Below are positions 10,408-19,645 of a stretch of 64,000 nucleotides of DNA, in pieces (position 1 is the first letter of the stretch; every line of letters starts with the position of its first letter). The position numbers were made by a program, and so were the translations under genes. The stretch is taken from contig QOQA01000003.1 of assembly GCA_003331875.1 (NCBI GenBank), positions 269 through 64,268 of the forward strand. The letters run 5' to 3'. The notes under the pieces are model-generated. The model was not told the origin of the DNA. It made no database searches and saw only the letters and a list, made by a program, of their open reading frames with translations. Source of the DNA: Cryomorphaceae bacterium (GTDB taxonomy: Bacteria > Bacteroidota > Bacteroidia > Flavobacteriales > Flavobacteriaceae).

Positions 10408-13400
10408 ATGAAAAAAATTAATTATAATGCTGCTAACACAACAATTGGATTAACCATTGCAATTTTTTCTTTTATAATTTACACATTAACCGTAGAACCA
10501 ACTGCAAGTTATTGGGACTGTGCAGAATACATATCAACATCGGCAAAACTACAAATTGGTCATCCACCTGGTGCTCCGCTTTTTCAAATGCTTGGAGCAA
10601 TTTTTTCAATTTTTGCATTTGAAAATGATCAAATTGCATTGTCCATAAATATGATGTCAGTAACGTCAAGTGCTTTAACAATTTTATTTTTATTTTGGTC
10701 CATTTCTCACTTGACAAAAGGTTTTATTAGTGTAAATCAAAACCTTTCAATTTCTCAAGCTTTAAAAATTTTTGGAAGTTCAAGTTTAGGATCACTGACC
10801 TTCATCTTCACTGATAGTTTTTGGTTTAATGCAGTTGAAGCTGAGGTATATGCTATGGCTTCTTTGATAATGTCATTACTTTTTTGGCTTGGTTTAAAAT
10901 GGGTTGATAATATAGATCATGAAAGAGGCGATAAGTGGTTGATCTTAATATGCTTTGTTGTAGGCTTATCATTTGGAGTCCACTTTATGGGTCTTCTAAC
11001 CATACCTGCAATTGGTTTATTGTACTATTTTAAAAAATACTCTTTTAGTATTAAGTCATTTTTAATAGCAAATGTTATTTCTATTTCGGTATTGCTTTTT
11101 ATATTCAAGCTTCTTCTCCCTACTACACTTTCAATTTTTGGCTATGTTGAAGTATTTTTTGTAAATGAAATAGGTCTTCCATTTAACTTTGGCACTGCCT
11201 TCTCAGCGCTTTTAATGATTTTTATAATTTATTTCTTACTAAAAAAGACTCACTCTAAAAAACACTATTTATTAAATACGATTACACTTTGCATAACCTT
11301 TATATTTATCGGATTTTCATCATGGCTAATGATTCCTATTAGGTCAAATGCAAATACAGTGATTAACGAAAATTCTCCATCCGATGCCAGATCACTTTTA
11401 GCATACTATAACCTAGAACAATACCCTGATACTTACCTATTCTTTGGTCCTATGTACTCAGATATTTACTCTGGTCAAGATCAAGACGAACCATACAAGG
11501 ATGACAAACCAAAATATGAACGTGATTATGTAAAAAATAAATATGTCATTGTTAATAATTGGAAAAAGGGAAAGCTCAATAATAACAAAAAACACATGGG
11601 TTTTTTTCCAAGAATGTGGAGCTCAGAAAATGCAATTAATTATCTTAAATTTAGTGGTTTATTAAAGTTTTCAATTAAGGATGAATTTAAAGACCAAGAT
11701 CAATTAATTCAACTTGTTGATCAATTCAAATCAAATATAGATTTAAATGAAGTTGATCCTGAGCAATTCCACGAATTTTTAAGTAATTACGGATCGTACC
11801 TTGATATTGAAAAACCAACTATAATTTCAAATTTTAAATATTTTTTATTGTTTCAAATCAATAAAATGTATTTAAGATATTTTATGTGGAATTTTGCAGG
11901 ACGTCAAAATGATTTACAATGGAGAGGTGGGTCTGAAAATGGTAATTGGCTTAGCGGAATTAATTTTCTCGATGAATATCGTTTAGGTCCTCAAAAAGAC
12001 CTACCGTCTGACCTAAAAAATAACAAAGGAAGAAATACTTATTTTTTTATTCCATTGATATTAGGTCTTATTGGTTTATTTTTTTTATATGAAAGAGATT
12101 TCAAAAACTTTTGGCCGTTAATTATTTTATTTCTTTTTACAGGTTTAGCTTTAAAATTCTACCTAAATGAAAGAATTTATGAACCCCGCGAACGAGATTA
12201 TGCTCTTGTTGGCTCCTTCTACACATTTTGTATTTTTATAGGATTTAGTTTTTTTTCAATATGCAATTTTATTGAAAAAAGATTTGGCAACTACTTCTCA
12301 TCAATTCTAACTTCAATTATATGTTTTTCATGTCCGATATTATTGGCTATAAATAATTGGGATGACCATGATAGATCCGACAGGTACACTGCGCAAAGTT
12401 TAGCAAAAGCATACTTAGATTCAATTGATGAAGATAAACAGGCAATTATATACACGATTGGAGATAATGACACATTTGCACTTTGGTATGCTCAAGAAAT
12501 TGAAAATTACAGAACTGATGTTAGAACTATAAATACCAGTTTATTAGCAACTGATTGGTATATGGATCAGATGAAAAGAAAGGCATACAGGAGTAATCCA
12601 ATAAAATCAAATCTCAAGCATAACCAATACACTTACGGTATTCGAGACTATATTAAATACGAAAATATAATTGATTCTACAAGGTGGGATTTGGAGGATT
12701 TTATAACCTGGGTTAGTAGCGATAATGAAAGAACAAAGTATAGGTTTTTACTACAACAATACGGATATGGTCAGGAGGAGTTGAAAAATATTCCACTTTT
12801 TACACAAAACATGGTTTATTATCCTACGAATAAAGTTAGGTTTTATGTAAATAGAGAAAATGTAATAAATAGTGGAATAATTGATCCAATTGATTATGAT
12901 AAAATCGTTAGCTATATAGATATTGATCTTCCAAAAAGTGGTTTATATAAAAATCAAATTTTAATGTTAGATATTCTATCAAAAAACAACTGGGAAAGAC
13001 CTATATACTTTACTGGAGGTAGTTATAAAGATTCAGAGTATATATGGATGAAAGACTATCTGCAATTAGATGGTCTAGTTTATAAATTGGTACCTATTAA
13101 GACCCCAATTGATTCAGACAATCCATATCAAATGGGTAGAATTGAGGCTAATAGAATGTATAATATTGTAAAAAAATGGGAATGGGGTAATAGTCAAAGC
13201 TCAGAAATTTATCATGATCCCGAAACCAGAAAAAACAGTATATCATTTAGAAGTAATTTACACAGGCTATCTGAGTCCTTGATTAAAGTTGGAGAAATTG
13301 AAAAAGCAGAGGAAATTCTAGACTTATCTTTTGAAAAAATGCCAATTAATTTTTTTGGTTATTACACATTAAGTGAACCTTACATAAAAACCTATTATTC

Positions 13401-13938
13401 TTTAAATAAGTATGATAAAGGTTATTCAATATATAAAGAAATTGAAAATAAATATTTTGAATATGTTCAGTACTATTCCAACTCATATAACAGCAAAAAC
13501 TTTAATGTAAGTGAAAATGCTGAGAATATATTTACCTATACAGAAAGACTAAGAAGTCTCATTGAAACTCAAATTTCAAGTAACTATAAGTTTAGTGAAA
13601 TTGAAAATTCAATTGATAAATTTATTGAGAATACGAAAATCTATAAAGATCTTTATGGTAGTTATGATTATTTCGGCTATTTAATTAGTTTTCTTGAACC
13701 TTTATATTTATTAAATAAAGAAAAAGGGAGATTATTGTATAAAGATATTTCTTTGGAAATATTTGATAGATTAAGGCTTTTAAAGTCTTCAGAAAATAAT
13801 CCAAATCAAGAATTTATAAATAATTTAATTGATGATGAGGTAACTAATTTAAAAGATTTGTTAGAAGTAATTTCAAGTTTTGAGAATGAAAGCTTTTTAA
13901 TTCAAGAAATAAATAAGCTAAACAAATTCGTTAATTAA
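10408..13938 (+). CDS. DUF2723-family large polytopic membrane protein (TMEM260/glycosyltransferase-like) with a C-terminal helical repeat region
   Basis: N-terminal EPTASYWDCAEYISTSAKLQIGHPPGAPLFQMLG signature and many TM helices. The ORF opens at ATG 10387, but ATG 10408 (MKKINY) gives the usual N-terminal length. Confidence 0.85.
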   Translation: MKKINYNAANTTIGLTIAIFSFIIYTLTVEPTASYWDCAEYISTSAKLQIGHPPGAPLFQMLGAIFSIFAFENDQIALSINMMSVTSSALTILFLFWSISHLTKGFISVNQNLSISQALKIFGSSSLGSLTFIFTDSFWFNAVEAEVYAMASLIMSLLFWLGLKWVDNIDHERGDKWLILICFVVGLSFGVHFMGLLTIPAIGLLYYFKKYSFSIKSFLIANVISISVLLFIFKLLLPTTLSIFGYVEVFFVNEIGLPFNFGTAFSALLMIFIIYFLLKKTHSKKHYLLNTITLCITFIFIGFSSWLMIPIRSNANTVINENSPSDARSLLAYYNLEQYPDTYLFFGPMYSDIYSGQDQDEPYKDDKPKYERDYVKNKYVIVNNWKKGKLNNNKKHMGFFPRMWSSENAINYLKFSGLLKFSIKDEFKDQDQLIQLVDQFKSNIDLNEVDPEQFHEFLSNYGSYLDIEKPTIISNFKYFLLFQINKMYLRYFMWNFAGRQNDLQWRGGSENGNWLSGINFLDEYRLGPQKDLPSDLKNNKGRNTYFFIPLILGLIGLFFLYERDFKNFWPLIILFLFTGLALKFYLNERIYEPRERDYALVGSFYTFCIFIGFSFFSICNFIEKRFGNYFSSILTSIICFSCPILLAINNWDDHDRSDRYTAQSLAKAYLDSIDEDKQAIIYTIGDNDTFALWYAQEIENYRTDVRTINTSLLATDWYMDQMKRKAYRSNPIKSNLKHNQYTYGIRDYIKYENIIDSTRWDLEDFITWVSSDNERTKYRFLLQQYGYGQEELKNIPLFTQNMVYYPTNKVRFYVNRENVINSGIIDPIDYDKIVSYIDIDLPKSGLYKNQILMLDILSKNNWERPIYFTGGSYKDSEYIWMKDYLQLDGLVYKLVPIKTPIDSDNPYQMGRIEANRMYNIVKKWEWGNSQSSEIYHDPETRKNSISFRSNLHRLSESLIKVGEIEKAEEILDLSFEKMPINFFGYYTLSEPYIKTYYSLNKYDKGYSIYKEIENKYFEYVQYYSNSYNSKNFNVSENAENIFTYTERLRSLIETQISSNYKFSEIENSIDKFIENTKIYKDLYGSYDYFGYLISFLEPLYLLNKEKGRLLYKDISLEIFDRLRLLKSSENNPNQEFINNLIDDEVTNLKDLLEVISSFENESFLIQEINKLNKFVN

Positions 13939-14214
13939 ATTAATTAATGTGTTGGCATCTTGCTCACCACTCTGCCTCCACATCATTTCCCCTGATTTAT
14001 AAATCATTAGTGTTGGTAAACCTTTTATTCTTAACGCTTGGGCTAAATCATTATTTTTATCAACGTTAATCTTTATGACTTTTCCTTTATCACCAATGGC
14101 CGCCGCAACATCTCTCAAAACTGGATGCATTGTAGAAGAGGATTCATTCCAATCAGTATAAAAATCTAATAATATAGGTAAATCAGAATTTATTAACTCT
14201 CCAAATTTTGCCAT
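13918..14214 (-). CDS. Thioredoxin-fold protein lacking the CxxC active site
   Basis: Aligns along its whole length to small thioredoxins (ILLDFYTDW..., GLPTLMIYKSGE), but WCGPC is replaced by WNESS and the protein has no Cys. ATG at 14214, with a TTG one codon upstream. Confidence 0.85.
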   Translation of the reverse strand: MAKFGELINSDLPILLDFYTDWNESSSTMHPVLRDVAAAIGDKGKVIKINVDKNNDLAQALRIKGLPTLMIYKSGEMMWRQSGEQDANTLINLINEFV

Positions 14215-14331
14215 CAAAGGAAATTATACTGTAAAAATAACATTTTTTAAATATTAATATAAAACTCTACATTTTTTACTCTATTTTAAAAAACTAATTG
14301 ATTTCTTACAATACTTTGTAAATTAGTTTTG

Positions 14332-16962
14332 ATGTCAAAAAAAAGACTTTTTTTAATAGATGCTTATGCTTTAATTTTTAGAGCATACTATGCATTTATA
14401 AAAAATCCAATAGTCAATTCAAAAGGTTTTGAAACAAGTGCTATTCTTGGCTTTTTTAATTCTATTTTTGAAATAAAAAGAAGAGAAAATCCAGATTATT
14501 TATCAGTAGTATTTGATAAAGGTGGTTCAGCAGATAGATCGGCTATCTATAGTGACTATAAGTCCAACAGGAACGCTACACCAGAAGTGATAATAGATTC
14601 AGTTCCTTACATATATAATATTTTACATGGTTTAGGTATTACAACTTTAGATTTGGAGGGGTATGAGGCTGATGATATAATTGGAACCGTTGCTCAAAGT
14701 GCTGAAAAAAAAGATTTTGAAGTTTACATGGTAACACCTGACAAGGACTTTGCGCAATTGGTCACAGAAAATATTTTTTTGTACAAACCAGCAAGATTTG
14801 GAAATGGCATAGAAATAATGGGGGTTCAAGAAATTAATAAAAAGTTTGAAATCGACTCACCAATTAAAGTAATTGATTATTTGGGAATGATGGGCGACTC
14901 AGTTGATAATATTCCTGGAATACCTGGCGTTGGTGATAAAACTGCAAAAAAATTCTTAAAAGATTATGGATCGATCGAAAATTTATATAAAAATACCAGC
15001 AATCTTAAAGGAAAGTTAAAAGAAAAGGTAGAGGATAATCAGGAGCTAGCAATGCTTTCAAAAAAACTTGCTACAATTATCACCAACGTACCAATTAAAT
15101 ATGATCTTGAAGATCTTAAAATTTCAAAACCATTAAATGAACAAGTTATTTCAATCTTTGAAGAATTAGAATTTAAGAGATTGAAGGAAAACTATTTTAA
15201 ATTATTTAACCAACAAGATGATTATGAAATATCTAAGCAAAGTGCTTCTAAAGAAAAATTTAACGGTAATTTTATAAGTCAACAAATTAGTGGAAAAACT
15301 GGAATTGAAATCTTAAAACAAAAGCTTCAAAAAACAGAAATATTTAGTTTTGACTTAAAATATTATGAAAATGATGTTTATTTAAGTTTCTGTTGGAGTA
15401 AAGCGTCTATATACTATGTCAAAGCAAAAGAAAAAAAGACTAAAGAAATCTTAAATTCATTTAAACACTTAATTGAAGGTAATGCAAAAAAAATAGTTTT
15501 TAATCATAAATCATTATCAAAAACTCTTCATGTTTTTGGAATTAAAATCAATAATTTTTTTGACATTAAAATTGGATCATATTTAATGTCACCTGGATCG
15601 CGAAACAACTTTAAGACAATTTTAAAATTAAATTTAGATATTGATTCAAATGACGATGATTTTGATTTGGACGGTATATACCATTATAATGAACTCTTCT
15701 TAAAAATTTATGATGACTTAAAGGAAAAAAACTTACTTGATCTTTTAGAAAAAATTGAAAACCCTTTGTCATATGTTTTAATGAAAATGGAATTTGAAGG
15801 AATCAGGCTGGACTCTGATCTCTTGAATGAAATAAAGAAAATCTTTGAGACTGAAATTAACACACTTGAAAGTAAAATCTACAGTATTAGTGAAACAGAA
15901 TTCAATATTGCATCGCCAAAACAACTTGGAGAAGTTCTTTTTGAAAAAATGATTTTAGAATCTAATCCAAAAAAAACAAAAACAGGACAATATTCAACGT
16001 CTGAAGATACTCTTTCAAAACTTGCTAAAAAACATGAAATCATAAGGCTAATTTTAGACTGGAGATCTCTACAAAAATTACTAACTACATATGTATACAG
16101 TTTACCAAAGCAAATTAACCCAAAATCAAATAAAATTCATACAGAACTTAATCAGACGCTCACAACAACTGGCAGACTTAGCAGTGCTAATCCTAACCTA
16201 CAAAATATTCCAGTGCGAACAGAAAGAGGAAAACTAATTAGAAAATGTTTTATCCCAAGGGATAAAAACCACACTCTGTTGTGTGCAGATTATTCTCAAG
16301 TTGAATTAAGAGTTATTGCTTTTTTAAGTGGAGATTCCAACATGAAAAATGCATTCATTAATAATGAAGATATTCACAGAAGTACTGCTGCTCGTGTTTT
16401 TAATGTAAGTATTAATGATGTTAATGAAGAGCAGAGGAGGAATGCTAAAATTGTGAATTTTGGAATAATATATGGCGTCTCTGCATTTGGATTAAGTAAT
16501 CAAACAGATTTGACTAGAAGTGAATCAAAAGAAATTATTAATAACTATTTTAAATCTTATCCAAAGCTTAAAGAATACATGAGTAATCAGATATCTTTTG
16601 CAAGAGATAATGGTTATGTGGAAACCATTTTAAAAAGAAAAAGGTACCTACCAGAGATTAATTCTAGAAATGCAATATTAAGGTCTTCAGCGGAGAGAAA
16701 TGCAATTAATACACCTGTTCAAGGTAGTGCTGCTGACATAATAAAACTATCTATGATTAAAATTGACAATGAATTCGAAAAAAGATCTTTAAGTTCTAAA
16801 TTGTTGCTCCAAGTTCATGATGAACTTGTATTTGATGTTCACTTAACTGAAATTGATATTGTAAAAAAAATTATTATTGATAATATGGAGAATGTTTTTC
16901 AAATGGATGTACCACTTAAAGTAGATATTGGTTACGGTGATAATTGGTTAGTAGCCCACTAG
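14332..16962 (+). CDS. polA: DNA polymerase I
   Basis: 5' nuclease motifs (LIDAYALIFRAYYAF, GYEADDIIGT, GIPGVGDKTA) and polymerase motifs A, B and C (DYSQVELRV, RRNAKIVNFGIIYG, QVHDEL). Confidence 0.96.
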   Translation: MSKKRLFLIDAYALIFRAYYAFIKNPIVNSKGFETSAILGFFNSIFEIKRRENPDYLSVVFDKGGSADRSAIYSDYKSNRNATPEVIIDSVPYIYNILHGLGITTLDLEGYEADDIIGTVAQSAEKKDFEVYMVTPDKDFAQLVTENIFLYKPARFGNGIEIMGVQEINKKFEIDSPIKVIDYLGMMGDSVDNIPGIPGVGDKTAKKFLKDYGSIENLYKNTSNLKGKLKEKVEDNQELAMLSKKLATIITNVPIKYDLEDLKISKPLNEQVISIFEELEFKRLKENYFKLFNQQDDYEISKQSASKEKFNGNFISQQISGKTGIEILKQKLQKTEIFSFDLKYYENDVYLSFCWSKASIYYVKAKEKKTKEILNSFKHLIEGNAKKIVFNHKSLSKTLHVFGIKINNFFDIKIGSYLMSPGSRNNFKTILKLNLDIDSNDDDFDLDGIYHYNELFLKIYDDLKEKNLLDLLEKIENPLSYVLMKMEFEGIRLDSDLLNEIKKIFETEINTLESKIYSISETEFNIASPKQLGEVLFEKMILESNPKKTKTGQYSTSEDTLSKLAKKHEIIRLILDWRSLQKLLTTYVYSLPKQINPKSNKIHTELNQTLTTTGRLSSANPNLQNIPVRTERGKLIRKCFIPRDKNHTLLCADYSQVELRVIAFLSGDSNMKNAFINNEDIHRSTAARVFNVSINDVNEEQRRNAKIVNFGIIYGVSAFGLSNQTDLTRSESKEIINNYFKSYPKLKEYMSNQISFARDNGYVETILKRKRYLPEINSRNAILRSSAERNAINTPVQGSAADIIKLSMIKIDNEFEKRSLSSKLLLQVHDELVFDVHLTEIDIVKKIIIDNMENVFQMDVPLKVDIGYGDNWLVAH

Positions 16963-17012
16963 AAATTTGATTTATATTTTTTCAAATCATTTGCTGTTTT
17001 GATTAAAAATTG

Positions 17013-17020
17013 TAGTTTTG
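17013..17020 (+). promoter_or_regulatory. -7 box-like motif (TAGTTTTG) upstream of rplM
   Basis: Matches the TAnnTTTG consensus. It overlaps the upstream TTG (17018) of the ORF, which argues for the downstream TTG 17039 as the real start. Confidence 0.3.
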
Positions 17021-17491
17021 TCGCCCAAATTAAATGTTTTGAGTTCAAAAATTTTTAAAACTAAATCTTTAAAAAAGGAAAATGTCAATAAGGATTGGCT
17101 TTTAGTTGATGCAAGTGATGAAGTGCTTGGAAGATTTTCCTCTAAGGTAGCTAAGATTTTGAGAGGAAAACACAAACCTTCATTTACCCCTCACGTAGAT
17201 TGCGGTGACTATGTTGTTGTAATTAATGCAGAAAAAATTCAGCTTAGTGGTAAAAAGTTTGAAGATAAAGAGTATGTTTCTCATTCTGGCTATCCTGGTG
17301 GTCAAAAAATAAAGACTGCGAAGCAAATATTTGACAAAAACCCATCAATATTAATTGAAAAAGCAGTCAAGGGAATGTTACCAAAAAATAAGCTTGGATC
17401 ATCTATATTTTCCAATCTTAAAGTTTACACAGGAAATATACATAATCACACTGCTCAAAACCCAAAATTGATCAATTTAAAAGAATTTTAA
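17018..17491 (+). CDS. rplM: 50S ribosomal protein L13
   Basis: NKDWLLVDASDEVLGRFSSKVAKILRGKHKP is typical L13. There is no in-frame ATG, so the start is TTG 17018 or, more likely, TTG 17039. Confidence 0.93.
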   Translation: MSPKLNVLSSKIFKTKSLKKENVNKDWLLVDASDEVLGRFSSKVAKILRGKHKPSFTPHVDCGDYVVVINAEKIQLSGKKFEDKEYVSHSGYPGGQKIKTAKQIFDKNPSILIEKAVKGMLPKNKLGSSIFSNLKVYTGNIHNHTAQNPKLINLKEF

Positions 17492-17494
17492 ATA

Positions 17495-17881
17495 TTGGAA
17501 ACAATTCACACAATAGGAAGAAGAAAAACATCAGTTGCTAGAGTATACCTTTCAAGTGGTAAAGACATATTTACCGTAAATAATAAAGATTATAAAGAAT
17601 ACTTTCCAACAAAATCTCAACAATATAAAATTTTACAACCATTTAAATTAACAGAAAATTTAGGAAAATTTAATCTTTCTGTAAGTGTTTACGGAGGAGG
17701 TACAACTGGTCAAGTTGAAGCTATAAGACTTGGCATATGTAGAGCCTTATGTAAAGTATCTGACGATAACAAAGGAGTTTTAAAAGGAGAAGGATTGTTA
17801 ACGCGTGATCCTAGAATGGTTGAAAGAAAAAAGTTTGGTCAGAAAAAAGCTAGAAAAAAGTTCCAATTCTCTAAAAGATAA
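17495..17881 (+). CDS. rpsI: 30S ribosomal protein S9
   Basis: ETIHTIGRRKTSVARVYL ... KKARKKFQFSKR. The TTG start aligns with the canonical Met. Confidence 0.95.
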   Translation: METIHTIGRRKTSVARVYLSSGKDIFTVNNKDYKEYFPTKSQQYKILQPFKLTENLGKFNLSVSVYGGGTTGQVEAIRLGICRALCKVSDDNKGVLKGEGLLTRDPRMVERKKFGQKKARKKFQFSKR

Positions 17882-17924
17882 TATGTCATTTATCCAAAGA
17901 GGTATTTTGAATTTTTTCATAGTC

Positions 17925-17945
17925 AAATTTCGTTTTTCGAAATTT
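17925..17945 (+). terminator. AT-rich hairpin after rpsI (weak terminator candidate or part of the rpsB leader)
   Basis: AAATTTCG-TTTTT-CGAAATTT is a perfect 8-bp stem followed by AGTTT. Confidence 0.3.
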
Positions 17946-18013
17946 AGTTTAGCATCTAAACAGTTTTTAAGCTGTTGCTAATTAAGAAAGTAAACTAAAT
18001 ATATTATGACAAT

Positions 18014-18751
18014 ATGGAAATAAAAGAATTAGTAAAAGCAGGGGTTCACTTCGGGCATCTTACAAGAAAATGGAACCCAAATATGTCACCATACATATAT
18101 TCCGAAAAAAATGGGATACACATAATTAACCTTTACAAAACAATTCAAAAGCTTGAAGAGTCTTGTGCGGCATTAAAAAAAATTGCTTCATCAGGTCGCA
18201 AAATTTTATTTGTTGCAACCAAAAAACAAGCAAAAGACATCGTTTCAAAATACGCAGAAGAAGTTACAATGCCCTACATTACGGAACGCTGGCCAGGTGG
18301 TATGTTAACAAATTTTGTTACAATTCGAAAAGCTGTTAAAAAAATGTCAGCAATTGACAGATCTAAGCAAGATGGTACTTTTGAATCTTTATCAAAAAAA
18401 GAAAAACTAAGCGTTGATAGAACTAGAGCTAAACTTGAAAAAAACCTTGGCTCTATCAATTCTATGACCAGACTTCCGGGTGCAATATTTGTAGTAGATA
18501 TAAGAAGAGAACATATTGCTGTAAGAGAAGCAATTAAGTTAAATATTCCCATATTTGCCATGGTAGATACCAATACCGATCCTAGACTGGTTGATTTTGG
18601 AATCCCTGCAAATGATGATGCCTCCAAATCAATTGAAATTATTCTTAATAAAGTGACTAGCTCAATAAAGGCAGGGCTTGATCAAAGAAATAAGGAAAAA
18701 GAAGTGGAGGAAGCTAAAAATGAGAAAGATAATTTAAAGGAAAAAAAATAA
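18014..18751 (+). CDS. rpsB: 30S ribosomal protein S2
   Basis: VKAGVHFGHLTRKWNPNM, ITERWPGGMLTNF, DTNTDP. Confidence 0.97.
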   Translation: MEIKELVKAGVHFGHLTRKWNPNMSPYIYSEKNGIHIINLYKTIQKLEESCAALKKIASSGRKILFVATKKQAKDIVSKYAEEVTMPYITERWPGGMLTNFVTIRKAVKKMSAIDRSKQDGTFESLSKKEKLSVDRTRAKLEKNLGSINSMTRLPGAIFVVDIRREHIAVREAIKLNIPIFAMVDTNTDPRLVDFGIPANDDASKSIEIILNKVTSSIKAGLDQRNKEKEVEEAKNEKDNLKEKK

Positions 18752-18754
18752 ATT

Positions 18755-19582
18755 ATGGGAAATATTACCGCCGGTGAAGTTAATAAATTGAGAAAAGCAA
18801 CTGGAGCTGGTATAATGGATTGTAAAAATGCTTTAGTTGAGTCCGATGGTGATTTTGATCTTGCTATTGAAAATCTCAGAAAAAAGGGTCAAAAAGTTGC
18901 TGCGAAAAGAGCTGACAGAGAGTCTAGTGAAGGTGCAGTTATTGCTACCGTCAATAATAAAAAGAATTCTGGTGTTATTATTTCTCTAAATTGTGAAACT
19001 GATTTCGTAGGCAAAAACGAATCTTTTGTAAACCTTGCTAAACAAATTTCTGAAATTGCAATAGGGTGTAATACAATTGATGAACTTTTTAATTCAAGTT
19101 TTGATGATAAAATGTCTGTTAAGGAAAAACTAACTGAACAAACTGGAGTAATTGGTGAAAAAATTGAAATTGCTAGTTTTAAAAAACTTGAATCAAAATT
19201 TGTTGGATATTATATACATGCCGGCAATAAAATAGCTACACTAGTTGGTTTGACAGAAACTTTCGAAGGATGCGATGATGTTGCCAAAAATATAGCAATG
19301 CAAGCTGCTGCAATGAGTCCAATTGCTTTGGATGAGAGCGGTGTTTCAAAAGAAATTATTGAAAAGGAAATTGAAATAGCTAAGGAACAACTTAGAGCTG
19401 AGGGTAAACCGGAAAATATGCTTGAGAACATTGCTAAAGGTAAACTTAAAAAGTTTTTTAAAGAAAACACCTTGGTCAATCAAGCCTACATTAAGGATAC
19501 TAAAATTAGTGTTATAAACTACCTCAAATCTGTAAATCAAAAATGTTCTATTTCTGATTTCATAAGGGTATCACTAGTCTGA
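18755..19582 (+). CDS. tsf: Elongation factor Ts
   Basis: VNKLRKATGAGIMDCKNAL and LNCETDFV, 3 nt after rpsB. Confidence 0.96.
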   Translation: MGNITAGEVNKLRKATGAGIMDCKNALVESDGDFDLAIENLRKKGQKVAAKRADRESSEGAVIATVNNKKNSGVIISLNCETDFVGKNESFVNLAKQISEIAIGCNTIDELFNSSFDDKMSVKEKLTEQTGVIGEKIEIASFKKLESKFVGYYIHAGNKIATLVGLTETFEGCDDVAKNIAMQAAAMSPIALDESGVSKEIIEKEIEIAKEQLRAEGKPENMLENIAKGKLKKFFKENTLVNQAYIKDTKISVINYLKSVNQKCSISDFIRVSLV

Positions 19583-19645
19583 CTTAATTCATATAAATCC
19601 AAATTTATTTATTTATTATCTATGCCTATATTTACATAGACATTG

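Noticed and set aside
11190-11205. TGGCAC-N5-TCTC resembles the -24 element of a sigma-54 promoter, and rpoN is present in the window.
   Set aside because: It lies inside the DUF2723 coding sequence, lacks the -12 GC element, and has no downstream gene start.
18006-18023. Five-codon uORF (MTIWK) overlapping the rpsB start codon.
   Set aside because: It is too short to evaluate on its own and is mentioned only as part of the rpsB leader finding.
18274-18627. 117-aa minus-strand ORF.
   Set aside because: It is antisense to the highly conserved rpsB. The same applies to 19210-19540 within tsf, 21439-21693 and 22036-22290 within asnS, and 22653-23729 within rpoN.
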